Shown here in pieces: positions 1 to 11,810 of a DNA stretch of 64,000 nt. Made by a program: the position numbers and the translations under genes. Position 1 is the stretch's first letter. Every line of letters begins with the position of its first letter. The stretch comes from Hypanus sabinus. Taxonomy: Eukaryota. The notes below the pieces were generated by a model. It was not told where the DNA came from. It searched no databases and saw nothing but the letters and a program-made list of their open reading frames with translations. The stretch spans positions 48,546,001 through 48,610,000 of the forward strand of contig NC_082726.1 in the NCBI RefSeq assembly GCF_030144855.1, given 5' to 3'.

Positions 1-1130
1 GGGATTAATTTACATATACATCCCCCTTTTAATTCATTCCATTTGAGCCATTGTGTAGTGGGGCAGTAGTTAATGCATTTAGCTGTAAGAATCAGAATTC
101 AGTGCTCACTTTAATTGCTCCTTGAAAGGAGTTTGCATGCTCTATCTAACTGGGTGAGTTTCCTCCAAATGCTCCGGTTTCGGCCTCTTTGTAAAGATGA
201 TTACGCAGGTTAGTTGACCTCTGTAAATTACCCCGAGTACAAGCAGACGGCAAAAGGATCAAAGCAGTTGATGGGCATGTGATAGAGAATAAGAGACAGG
301 GCTGCAGGGGAGAGAGTAAGGAAAATGGGACTGAGGGGATTGCTCTGCTGGGAGCCCACAGGACCCACTGTGTCATTAAGTAACCATGTATTTCATTTGG
401 ACAGTGTCAGCCACATATAATCCCTCACTATATCCCACACAACAGTGTTATTAGCTTGTGAGTTCTAAAGTTTATTGTGACGTGCACAGGTACACTGAAA
501 AACTTACTTGCAACAGAATCTCAGGCACATAGCATTATATAAGCAGCATTCATGAAACCATAAAACCATACAATAATGGAACAGAATTAGGCCATTTGAT
601 CTATTGAGTTTACCCCACCATTTCATTATGGCTGATCCATTTCCCTCTTGTTCCCAATCTACAAGAGAATTCACATAATAAGCAAGTTAAATATAAATTA
701 ATCAGAGTTTTACAAGAAAATTCCAAATCCATTTAGTTCAAGTGATCAGAATGGTCATAGTGTTGTTAAACTGTTGCAGTAATTAGGGTTTTAATATTTG
801 GTTCAACAACAAAATGGTTGAAGGAACCGTTCTTGAACCTGGTGCAGTGGGATTTCATGCTTCTGTATCTCCAGTCCCATGATAGCTGTGAAAAGCAGAC
901 CATAACCCAGCAGGAGGGGATCTTTGACAAAGGATGTTGCCTCCGTTACATACTACCGATGGTAGAGAGGGATATGCTGTGCGGATTCCACTACCCTTTG
1001 CACTTTCTTATGCTAGTATGCTATGACAGTGCTGGAAACATGATGATACTCGTGGGCTGTCCCCTGCACATCTTCAGACTGTGTTGGTCATTGATGCAAA
1101 GGATGCATTTCACTGCATGTTTCGATATAC

Positions 1131-1650
1131 AGAATCAGGTTTATTATCACTGGCATGTGACGTGAAATTTGGTAACTTAGCAGCAGCAGTTTAATGCAAT
1201 ACATAATATAGCAGAGAGAAAAAATAATAATAAATAAACAAGTAAATCAATTACATGTATTGAATAGATTAAAAAATGTGAAAAAAACCGAAATACTGTA
1301 TATTTTTTAAAAAGTGAGTTAGTGTCAGGGGTTCAATGTCCATTTAGGAATCGGATGGCAGAGGGGAAAAAGCTGTTCCTGAATCGCTGAATGTGCACCT
1401 TCAGGCTTCTGTATCTCCTACCTGATGGTAACAGTGAGAAAAGGGCCCTGGGTGCTGAAGGTCCTTAATAATGGATGCTGCCCTTCTGAGACACCAGTCC
1501 CTGAAGATGTCCTTTGTACTTTGTAGGCTAGTACCCAAGATAGCGACGACTAGATTTACAACCTCCTGCAGCTTCTTTCAGTCCTGTGCAGTAGCTCCTC
1601 CATACCGTGATGCAGTGATGCAGCCTGACAGAATGCTCTCCATGGTACAA
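1131..1650 (-). mobile_element. Rex1/Babar-like LINE 3' fragment
   Basis: agaatcaggtttattatcactggcatg... terminus, near-identical to copies at ~32391, ~27535 and ~55241. Confidence 0.7.
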
Positions 1651-2492
1651 CATATGAAAAATAAAGCTCATTTTAATCTTATGGAAGTAAAGTCTTGGAT
1701 TTAGACCAATGACAGTGAAGGATTAACAATATTATTCCAAATCAGGATAATGTGCAACTTGGAGTTGAACCCATAGGTGACGATATTCCCTGCAGAATTT
1801 ATCTTCGGTGATGAGAATCAGAATCAGATTCATTATCACTGCCATATGTCATGAAATTTGTTATCTTGCTGCAGCAATGTAGTGCAATACATAAAAAAAA
1901 TAAGAAATATAAAAAATTAAGTACTGCAAAAATGAGATAGTTCTAATGAGTTCATGGTCCATTCAGAAACCTGATGGTGAAGAGGGAGAAGCTGCTCCTA
2001 AAATGTTAAGTATGTGTCTTCAAGGTCCTGATAGTAGCAATGAGAAGAGGGCGTAGAGCAGTGAGCTATACATGCATCCTTGAGGTGCACTTGTGTTGAT
2101 TGCGTAGAGGCCATGGACTTGAGCAGTACTCTCAGAACAGCACACGTCAGTAACTGCAGTGCATTGTGTGGATTGTACGCATGTGGCCAAATTAAAGCAT
2201 GGTGCAAGGACTTAATGACAATAGTGGTTAATGTGGTGTCATTAATCACATATTCATTAGAGGCAAGAGCTGCTTATGTAATTGTTACTCAAGTTCAAAA
2301 TAAGTAAACCAGGAAACCAAACCTGAAACTGTATTGATGGAGCGCCGCATTGCTGGATGACATGCAAACGTACTGTTGTTGTTCCTTTTCACACCTTGCG
2401 GTGCATTTGGCGGCAACCTTGCCGTTCCTTTGGAATTCTTTGTCTGTTTTTTACAAGGCCAAGTTGCTAGCTTGATGCTCAACCCAACACGG

Positions 2493-3312
2493 TGTTACGT
2501 ATCCCGTAACTGGAGAACTTACCAGCAAAGACAGAGAGGTCCGTTGAAGTCTGATGTCACTATTTTCAAACGTTTTTATTTATAAAGGGACACAAAAGTA
2601 AGGTTAATACATACATTCAGATAGTGCACATCGTCAACACTCAATCTAAAGCGCGGGTATATTAATCATCATCATTTTTAAGTGAGCTCTGCTGATGTCT
2701 AGGGGTTAATAGATTGTCCGTTGGAAATATAAAAGTCACTCAGAAGGCTGCCGGCCTCAGCCCTTTGAAAATCACTGGGTTTCACGTGGGGCGACCGAGA
2801 GAGAGAGATTGGGGAGAAGAGAAAGAACTTGCCGAGTCTTGATGAGGCTTCCGTGAAATCGAGGGGGAGCATTGGTTCCCTCTCCCCAATGTTAGTTAAA
2901 AGCGGTTTTCTGTGATTCCAGCCACAAATTCCAATCCCGGAATCTAACGCACGTGGTTTCCTTCAGAATGGCTTCCCGCTGCTGCGGGATCACTCTCTCG
3001 TGTCTTCTTGGTGCGTCTGAGGGGGCTGTCCCCCTGAGACTCTCCTTTATACTTCCCCACGGGGTCGCAGGTGTCAATCAGGTTGGGATGATGCAATCTC
3101 TCTCTCAACCAGCCCACCTTGCCCGAGGGCTTTTCACGTGGTCTCCATGAGACAATAGTCGCTGTCGTCTTATTCTGTATCCTGGGTGGGACGTGCAATT
3201 TAGCACATTTCTCTCTCTCTCTCTCCTACTGGGTCTACTGACCTCCCCCCCCCCCCCCCTTTCAACGGGTGCTCTTGCGATTCTCACAAAGGAGGGGGCT
3301 GGGATCATAACA
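2493..3312 (-). repeat. 3' LTR
   Basis: Near-identical to 5978-6812. On the minus strand it has a TATA-like GTATAAAG (~3045-3052) and AATAAA (2575-2580), and is preceded by the PPT. Confidence 0.93.
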
Positions 3313-3323
3313 CCTCCCCTCTT
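3313..3323 (-). promoter_or_regulatory. Polypurine tract
   Basis: Minus strand TTTT-AAGAGGGGAGG immediately before the TGTTA of the 3' LTR. Confidence 0.85.
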
Positions 3324-3608
3324 AAAACGTTTTTACCAGCGGTTAAAACAGAGTGGTCCACAGTCTTACAGGAGTTTTGAATCTAACACAATACACAAGT
3401 TTTTCTTTTCACAGAATACTACCGTTATACATTCAAGTCAGTATCTAAATAGTTAACGATTACAGTGTCCCTTTCTTTAATATCTTAACATTGCGAACCG
3501 TACATCAGACTTCAATTCAATAACCACCAATTTATTTTTTTTCTTAAGCAACAAAACTAAGGAGGTGTGACCTTAGCTTAGGTGCATTTACAAAAGTTTA
3601 CGCGAATA

Positions 3609-5863
3609 CTAATCACTGAACCAAGTCACAAGGACGGATACCCCGTTCCCCTGAATCAGATACCTCAGACTTCTTCTGAGCTCCGTTACCAGGTTCAGCA
3701 CAACGTGCATCCCCAACTTGGACACACTCAAACGGGACATTTGCCTCTTCCAGGCTTTCAACACCCGTACCTTTTTCAAATTCGAACTTCCCCCGATTCT
3801 CCCAGTTACTCTCTGGGCAGCTCCCCCCCCCAGGGAAGGCGCAACCCTGCGAGCTGAAACAACCTCCTCGGCCCTTTCAGCAGACTCCTTCGAGGCAAGG
3901 ATACCCTTTCCATCTGGGACTGCCCTCACTTCATTATCGGGAACACCTTTAGAACTCTCTTCAAACAATTCTGCCAAACCAGACAGATCATCCATTTCCA
4001 ACTCGGGACCTTTTAACAGCTTTATCTGTCTCTCATCTTTATTTCCTACCTTTAGGACCTTTCTCTTCACTAAGGGCAGATCTATCTCCTTTCCCTTACG
4101 TCCTTTCACTTTACTACTCTTCGTCTTACCACCCTCTAAACCCTCATGGCACAGGGTTATCAAAGACGTCTCGGCCAAATCAAAACTGGCCAGATTTAAA
4201 CTGCTCTCGTTCACAGCTGTCTCTCTCGACATGCTGCGAGTGACTGCGCTGGTGAGATGGTCCTTGTGCGCTAGGGGCGGGGTCACCACACTCGCCGGTC
4301 ACCAGGTCAGCAGCATGGCTGACCAAACCTTACCCCCTGCTAAGTCATTCCCCAGCAGGATGTCCACGTCAGCTCTCGGGAATTCTGAGGGCACCCTATT
4401 TCAACTGATCCATACACCAGCTCACAATCCAGAATGACCTTATATAAGGGCACCATTTCTATCCATTTATTTATTCCTTCCACCTTTACCATGCCCATTC
4501 CCCGACCAAATTCTAGTACCTTATGGCTAACCAGGGATAGTTCAGCGCCCGTATCCCTCCAGATTCGTACGGGAACTGGTGTGTCTCCCTCCGTCACAGA
4601 CACGGTTCCGTGTGACAGACAGCTCCCAGAGCCTTCTCGTACTCTGTCTACCCTCAGCTCTCTGGTCGATTTGCTGATTACCACGGCACACCTGATAGGG
4701 ACTGCGGCTTTCCCTTCCTCGGAGCAAAGCATCAAGATGCAACGTGCCCCCTCCTTTCCACAATTAAAACAGGTCAAACCCGGAACCTTCTGGTCGTCTT
4801 GCCTTTCCCCCTCAACCTTACCGCTAGCTCCCAGTGGAACCTCTGCCTCACTCGTCGGACTTTCCTGATCGTTCCCACGGTCTCTCTGGGGACCTTTATT
4901 CGAGGAAGTCTTTGTCTTGTGGGTTAGGACATATTCGTCCGCAAACCTAGCAAATTCTGACATGGACTTATCAGGCTTCTCATTCAAATACATCCGGATC
5001 TCCTCCGGAACACAACTTTTAAATTCCTCGATCAAAAGTAACTCCCTGAGATGCCCATAATCCTCGTCCACCCTTTCCGCGGTGCACCAATGGTCCAAGA
5101 GCACCCCCTTTTCATGGGCTAGCTCGGTATACGTTTGATTCCACCCTTTCCTTAAATTTCTAAACTTTTGTCTATAGGCCTCAGGTACCAATTCGTAAGT
5201 CCGGAGAATGGCCTCCTTTACCTCATCATAATTCTCCACTCCTCCCTCCTCCAGGGACATCGCCACATATGCTCGTTGGGACTTCCCCTTTAACACACTT
5301 TGTAACAATGCCACCCACTGCTCTTTTGACCACTTCTGATTTACTGCCACCTTTTCAAAAAGCAAGAAATAACTATCGACATCTGTCTCCTCGAACGGGG
5401 GCACCAATCTCAACTCCCTACTAACATTAAACCACTCTGCTTGGTCTAACCCTTGATCTCTTCGCTCGTTCTTCATCTTCTCAATTTCCCGGTCATGTTG
5501 CCTCTGTTTCTCTTTCTCGTTTGCTTCTATAGCTGAATTTCATGCTGTCTTTGCCTCTCCCTCTCTCTCTCAGCCGCTTCCAGCTCTTTTAACTTAATTT
5601 CATGTTCCAACTTTAATTTCTCCACCTCTAACTGAACCGTCCCACTTGATGGTACCTTTTCAGGGATATATCCCAATAACCTCAGCTTCAAACACCTTCT
5701 TCCCAATGTAATACTGGATTATGGCCCTTCATACCTCCTGCTTTTTCATGGACGACCTCACTTCTGTGAGGTTCAACCCCTTCGCTAAATTTAACAAGTC
5801 TGATTTGGTGGCTGCCTCTAGCGCCCCCACCGTCAGGTTTTCCATAAATTCACCCACGTCCAT
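3609..5863 (-). pseudogene. Disrupted gag (SCAN/capsid, zinc knuckle)-aspartic protease polyprotein with an unidentified C-terminal tail
   Basis: ATG at 5863 (MDVGEFMENLT...) with an in-frame TGA at 5729-5731. ORF 4340..5476 has VPPFEETDVDSYFLLFEKVA, YELVPEAYRQKFR and LRELLLIEEFK (SCAN/capsid), a frameshifted CFNCGKEGHVAS*C knuckle and RDTGA protease. This is followed by a frameshifted DILLGNDLAGGKV...AVTRSM segment. Confidence 0.88.
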
Positions 5864-5949
5864 CTTTGCTGGTTTCCCGTCTGGCTACCCGCGTAACCAG
5901 ATTCAAGTTTTGGACTACAAGCCCGATTCACTGGCCTCCCAATTTGGTG

Positions 5950-5974
5950 TCAAATCCCGAGACGAGAAACCCCA
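5950..5974 (-). promoter_or_regulatory. Primer-binding site, degenerate tRNA-Pro type
   Basis: Minus strand TGGGGTTTCTCGTCTCGGGATTTGA, 3 nt inside the 5' LTR; resembles the tRNA-Pro 3'-end complement TGGGGGCTCGTCCGGGATTTGA. Confidence 0.7.
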
Positions 5975-5977
5975 AGT

Positions 5978-6687
5978 TGTTACGTATCCCGTAACTGGAT
6001 AACTTACCAGCAAAGACAGAGAGGTCCGTTAAGTCTGATGTCACTATTTTCAAACGTTTTTATTTATAAAGGGGCACAAAAGTAAGGTTAATACAAACAT
6101 TCAGATAATGCACGTCGTCAATACTCAATCTAAAGCGCGGGTATAGTAATAATCATCATTAAGAAGTGAGCTCTACAGTTGTCTAGGGGTTAATAGATTG
6201 TCCGTTGGAAATATAAAAGTCACTCAGAAGGCTGCCGGCCTCAGCCCTTTGAAAATCGCTGGGTTTCAAGTGGGGCGACCGAGAGAGAGATTGGGGGAGA
6301 AGAGAAAGAACTTGCCGAGTCTTGATGAGGCTTCCGTGAAATCGGGGGAGCGTTGGTTCCCTCTCCCCGATGTTAGTTAAAAGCGGTTTTCTGTGATTCC
6401 AGCCACAAATTCCAATCCCGGAATCTAACGCACGTGGCTTCCTTCAGAATGGCTTCCCGCTGCTGCGGGATCACTCTCTCGTGTCTTCTTGGTGCGTCTG
6501 AGGGGGCTGTCCCCCAGAGACTCTCCTTTATACTTCCTCACGGGGTCGCAGGTGTCAATCAGGTTGGGATGATGCAATCTCTCTCTCAACCAGCCCACCT
6601 TGCCCGAGGGCTTTTCACGTGGTCTCCATGAGACAATAGTCGCTGTCGTCTTATTCTGTATCCCGGGTGGGACGTGCAATTTGGCAC

Positions 6688-6729
<42 letters not shown>

Positions 6730-6812
6730 CTGGGTCTACTGACCCCCCCCCCCCACCCCTTTCGACGGGTGCTCTTGCGATTCTCACAAAGGAGGGGGCT
6801 GGGATCATGACA
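5978..6812 (-). repeat. 5' LTR
   Basis: Direct repeat of 2493-3312 with a longer (CT)n tract; followed on the minus strand by the PBS. Confidence 0.93.
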
Positions 6813-7390
6813 ACGGATAGAAAGTATGTAAAGAGCCGGCTGGATTTCGAACCCAGGACCATTCGCCTCGAAGCCTGGTGCAGATGCCACTATGCCACTG
6901 GCTGGCTTACACAAACCTATATAATAGGTCTCTTTGTTCCAATGGTTCAAATTAATTTTTCAAAACAAAACAAGCTGTTTTCCTCTGATTTCTACATAAT
7001 AATTCCTCGCTTAAGAAAACATAATCAAGAATGGGTTAAGTGGTCATTCAGCTCTTTGTGTAATAGTACTGTGCAATAATTGGTTCTGCTTCAAGGGGAA
7101 TTAAGGAAGAAATATCTTCTTAACTCTTTAGCCATTGCTTCAAGTCTGTGCTTCATTCATTATGTCTAATCATACGATGCAGGCAACAATTATGGTATAT
7201 TAATTGCATGTCTGTCCCCAGTTACTGCGAGGAATCCAAGGACTTGGAGTTAGTTTTATTTTCAACTAATTAGCATTTGAATTCCTAATTCATTCCCAAA
7301 ATATTCCTGCAATAGAAGTGTATTCATAAAGTTTTTTTATTGCTAAACAATACTAATGGGCACCACAGAAACAATACTGATCGTTGTGAA

Positions 7391-7587
7391 CACAAGAGAT
7401 TCTAGAAATGCTGGAAATCCAAAGCAACAAACAGCAAATGCTAGAGGAACTCAGCAGGTCAGACAGCATCTGTGGAGAGGAATGAGCATTCAATACTTCG
7501 GATCGGGAAAGGTCTCGGTTTGAAACGTGAACTGTTCATTCCTCTCCATAGATGCTGCCTGACCTGCTGAGTTCCCTTGGCATTGTG
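7391..7587. mobile_element. Short palindromic Penelope-terminus element
   Basis: Arms gaggaactcagcaggtcagacagcatctgtggagaggaatga / tcattcctctccatagatgctgcctgacctgctgagttcc; TSD TGATC[G/A]TTGTGAA (7378-7390, 7588-7600). Confidence 0.8.
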
Positions 7588-8334
7588 TGATCATTGTGAA
7601 TACTGAATCAAGGAAGCAAGGACGACAAAGGATGTTTTCAACATGTGTAGAATGGTCTTAAAGGAAGAGGGAGAGAGGTTATTGGGTGTAGGGGAAGCAA
7701 TTGTTGGTCCTGGGCATCTTAAGTACATAAAAAGAGGGTAAAGAAGTAACTAGAATCAGAAAGTAGAAGGTTTGTGAATGGGCATTTAGCACTGCAGAAT
7801 GTTATAGAGAAAGCTGGCGAGACAGTGCAGGGATATAAATGTCTATGAAGATTTTTTTTAAACTAAGTCCTTTAGAAAATACACCTAACAGATTGGAATG
7901 TCTGAAGATATGGCACTGATCATCAAGATTCAAAATTGTTTAATGTCAGTTCTAGTACACAAGTGTAAAGGAGAATGAAATAATTGTTACTCCAGATCCA
8001 ATGCAGCACAAAAAAACAAAATATGATAAAGAACACAGTAATAAAAAACATTGTAAATATCAATACATGAGATAGATTATAAACATAGATTGATTTTATG
8101 CCAATAAAGTGACACTAGGCACAGGATTATCCGTACATAAGGTGACTGACAAGAAATTATAAAGTATAGTGGTACGGGGGTGTGAGGAGTTGTGTTGGTT
8201 GTTAATGAAAACGATGCATCGATGCATTTCACTGTATATTTCAATGTATATATGATAAGTGAATGAAACTGAATCTGGTTTAAATTTGTTGGATGCTTCA
8301 GATTGTTCACCCTATTTCCTTCTTTAAGGCAGTT

Positions 8335-10080
8335 AGAACAGACCAATACAACACAGGAACAGGTCATTTGGCTTACAATGCTGTGCTGAGCCAGCTAAAA
8401 ATTAAATCAAAATTCCCTCCCTCAAAAATAATCCCTCCTACCTATACAATGTCCTTATCCCTCCATCTTCCTCCTATTCACGTGCCTGTCTAAACGCCTC
8501 TTAAAAGCCTCTGATGTGTTTGCCTCTACCACCACACCAGGCAGTGCATTCCAGGCATTCACCACACTCTGAGTAAAAAAACTTACCTCTCAGATCCCCT
8601 TTGAACACACTCCCCCTCACCTTCAATTCATGCATTCTAGAATTAGACATTTCTATCCTGGGAAAAAGATACTCTTGTCTACTCTATCTATGCTTCTCAA
8701 TTTTATAAGATGCCCTCAGCCTCTGCTGCTCCAAAGAAGACAACCCAAGTTTGTGCAGCCTCTCATGATAGCTCATGTCCTCTAAACCAGGCAGCATCCT
8801 GGTAACCCTCTTCAAAACCTCAGCATCCTTCTTCTAGTGGGATAACCAGAGTTTTATACAGTTGCAACATAATCTCTTGACTTTTGAACTCAATGCCTCG
8901 ACTATTAAAAGCAAGCATTCCATTAGCCTTCTTAACCACCCTATTAATCTGTGCAGCCACTTTCATGGAGCTATGAACTTAGACGTCCCGCTTCCTCCCC
9001 AATCTCTCTGCTCATCACCACTGTTATAGGTCTTGCCCAAAACAGTAAACGTATCTCCTTGCAATTGCTCCACAAAGGTGCAACACTTCACATTTATCTA
9101 GGTTAAACTCCATCTGCCGTTTCTGATCTATATCGGCTGTGTTCTTTGCTGGTCTTCTACACTATCCATGACTCCACCAATCTTTGTGTCATCTGCAAAC
9201 TTACTAACCCACCCAGCTACATTTTCATCCAGGTCATTTATAAACATCACAAACAGCCGAGGTCCCAGCACAGATCCCTGCAGAACACCACTAATTACAG
9301 ACCACCAGCTTAAACAAGTCCCTTCGACAGTTATCCACTGTCTTCTATGTGCAAGCCTGCTCTGAATCCAAACAGCCAATTTGCCATGGACCCATGCTTC
9401 CTAATCTTCTGGATTAGCCTCTCATGAGGGACTTTGTTAAACGCCATACTAAAACCCATGTAGAAAGCAACCACTGCTCTACCTTCATTAATCTCTCTCT
9501 TCACCTTTTCAACAATCTCAGTCAAGTTAGTTAGACATTACTTGCCATGCACAAACTGATGCCGGCTGTCCCTTATTAGGCTACTGGTTTCCAAATATTC
9601 ATATATCCTATCCCTAATAATTGTCGCTTGCAATTTCCCCACAACTGACATGAGGCTTACCAGTCTATAGATTAGGGGATATTCCCTTGTTCCTTTCTTA
9701 AATATAGGTACAACATTAGCCACTTGTCAGTTCTCTGGGCATAGAGAGGAGGAAGATACTGTCAAGGCCCCAGCACTCTTGTCTTTTGCCTCCCTCAATA
9801 ACCTAGGGGGATAACCAGTCAATCAGGCCCTGGGGAATTACCCACCTGAACATTGATTAGGAGACCCAACACTTCCTCCTCCTTGACCTCTAACGTATTT
9901 ATGCACTCGACAGTGATCTCCTGGTCCTCCATGTCCTTTTCCCTGGAAAATACTGAAGCAAATTACTCAATAAGTACCTCACTCACATTCTCTGCACCCA
10001 AGCAATTTAATCTTTATCCTTAAATGGTCCTACTCTCTCCCTAGTTATCCTCTTGCTCTTGATTTCTTAAAACCTAGCTA
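8335..10080 (-). mobile_element. Degenerate CR1-clade LINE 3' half
   Basis: RT fragments ANVVPIFKKG...YRLVSLMSVVGK, FSMAFNKVPHERL and SGVLQGSVLGP...SKFADDTKIGG in ORFs 9538..9723, 9331..9525 and 9128..9379. Confidence 0.88.
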
Positions 10081-10645
10081 TTTGGCCATCTTTACTAATG
10101 GTGCGAAGGGACTCGACCCAAAACATTGGCTGTCCATTTTCCTCCATAGATGCTGCATGACACACAGACTTCGTCCAGCACCTAGTGTGTTGCTTCAGTA
10201 ATGTCTTCTATTCTCACATCCATACTCGCGTCATCCTGCAGATGTGAGCAGAGCGCATTTGAGCACGCTGCATCACTGCACAGTAAGGAAATTTCACTGC
10301 AGCAGCTAGGAAGGCTCTACAGCGCATCACCAGCACCAACCTACCTGCTAACAAGGACATGTATAATAGAAAGGTGTCGGGAAAGGGATGCTACTGTAAT
10401 GAAGGATCCTACCCATCCTGCTTGTGGACTGTTTGTTCCACTCCCATCAGCGAGGAGGTTATGTAGCATCCACACAAAGACCAACAGACTCAAAAACAGT
10501 TACTTCCCCCAAACAGTGAGGCTATTCAACACCCCCACCCACGAGCCCAACCCTCCACACTCAACCACCACTGCTTTATCATTTCCTGTGAGTCACCTTG
10601 TGGTATATCACTTGAAAGGCATACAGTCAATTTATGTATATAAGC

Positions 10646-11810
10646 AAACACGAGGAAATTTGCAGATGCTGGACGTTCAAGCAACACACACAAAATGCTG
10701 GTGGAACGCAGCAGGCCAGGCAGCATCTATAGGGAGAAGCACTGTTGATGTTTCCGGCCGAGACCCTTCGTCAGGACTAACTGATAGTAAGAGATTTGAA
10801 TGTAGGAGGGGGAGGGGAAAATGCAAAATGATAGGAGAAGACCAGAGGGGGTGAGGTGAAGTTGAGAGCCGGAAAGGTGATTGGCAAAAGGGATACAGAA
10901 CTGGAGAAGGGAAAGGATCATGGGACGGGAGGCCTAGGGAGAAAGAAAGTGGGAGGGGAGAACCAGCGGGAGATGGAAAACAGGCAGAGTGATGGGCAGA
11001 AAGAGAGAAAAGTAAAGGAGGAGGGGGGAAATAAACTAAATATATCAGGGATGGATTAAGGAGGGGAGGAAGGGCATTAACGGAAGTTAGAGAAGTCAAT
11101 GTTCATGCCATTGGAGGCTGGTATGGTGTACTGCATCTGGTGCTCCCGGTGTGGCCTTTTATATATTGGTGAGGGAGACTGCGAGACCTTTTCACTGAAC
11201 ACTGAACACCTGTGCTCTGCCTGCCAGAGAAAGCAGGATCTCTCAGTGGCCACACATTTTAATTCCACGTCCCATTCCCATTCTGATATATCTATCCACG
11301 GCCTCCTCTACCATCAAGATGAAGCCACACTCAGATTGGAGGAACAACACCTTGTAAACCAGCTGGGTAGCCTCCAACCTGATTGCATGAACATTGACTT
11401 ATCTAACTTCCGTTAATACCCCTCCTCCCCTCCTTACCCCATCCCTGATATATTTAGTTTTTCTCCCCCTCCCTTTTTTTCTCTCTTTCTTCCCATCACT
11501 GCCTGTTCACCATCTCCCTCTGGTGCTCCCCTCCCCTTTTCTTTCTCCCTAGGCCTCCCGTCCCATGATCCTTTCCCTTCTCCAGCTCTGTATCCCTTTT
11601 GCCAATCACCTTTCTGGCTCTCAGCTTCACCCCACCCCCTCCGGTCTTCTCCTATCATTTCACATTTCCCCCTCCCCCCACTACTTTCAAATCTCTTACT
11701 ATCTTTCCTTTCAGTTAGTCCTGATGAAGGGTCTTGGCCCGAAACGTCGACAGTGCTTCTCCCTATAGATGCTGCTTGGCCTGCTGTGTTCCACCGGCAT
11801 TTTGTGTGTG
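10646..11810. mobile_element. Penelope-like element 3' fragment with inverted (fold-back) duplication
   Basis: GIY-YIG endonuclease remnant VYCIWCSRCGLLYIGE...VATHFN...LRLEEQHL..LGSLQPDCMNID (ORF 11099..11416). ~10682-11110 is the reverse complement of ~11385-11810. Exact 14-bp TSD TTATGTATATAAGC (10632-10645, 11811-11824). Confidence 0.9.
11718..11751 (+). ncRNA. Minimal type I hammerhead ribozyme motif (Penelope-type)
   Basis: GUC-CUGAUGA-A-GGGU(CUUG)GCCC-GAAA-CGUC-GAC: core CUGAUGA and GAAA, helix II, palindromic ACGU helix III, predicted GUC cleavage after 11748, short helix I GUC/GAC. Confidence 0.7.

Larger units (their letters stand above)
2493..6812 (-). mobile_element. Non-autonomous Gypsy (Gmr1-like, SCAN-gag) LTR retrotransposon, structurally complete
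   Basis: Two ~0.82-kb direct LTRs bounded by TG...CA; 4-bp TSD ACGG (2489-2492, 6813-6816); PBS and PPT in minus orientation; gag-protease relic inside; no RT/RNaseH/integrase motifs seen in the 2665-bp interior. Confidence 0.93.
2340..6908 (-). mobile_element. tRNA-derived SINE split by the LTR element (halves ~2340-2492 and 6813-6908)
   Basis: Minus-strand head with A box TGGCATAGTGG and B box GGTTCGAAATCC. The joined halves are colinear with uninterrupted copies at ~42035-42230 (+) and ~63705-63903 (-). Confidence 0.8.

Noticed and set aside
3718-4868. Plus-strand ORFs of 239 and 144 aa
   Set aside because: Antisense shadows of the purine-rich gag-protease region.
4340-5476. 378-aa ORF as a domesticated gag/SCAN gene
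   Set aside because: It sits inside an LTR-bounded insertion, with an upstream stop, a frameshifted zinc knuckle and a frameshift after the protease.
6850-6908. tRNA gene
   Set aside because: It is the tRNA-like head of a SINE, continuous with the SINE body and repeated elsewhere in the window.
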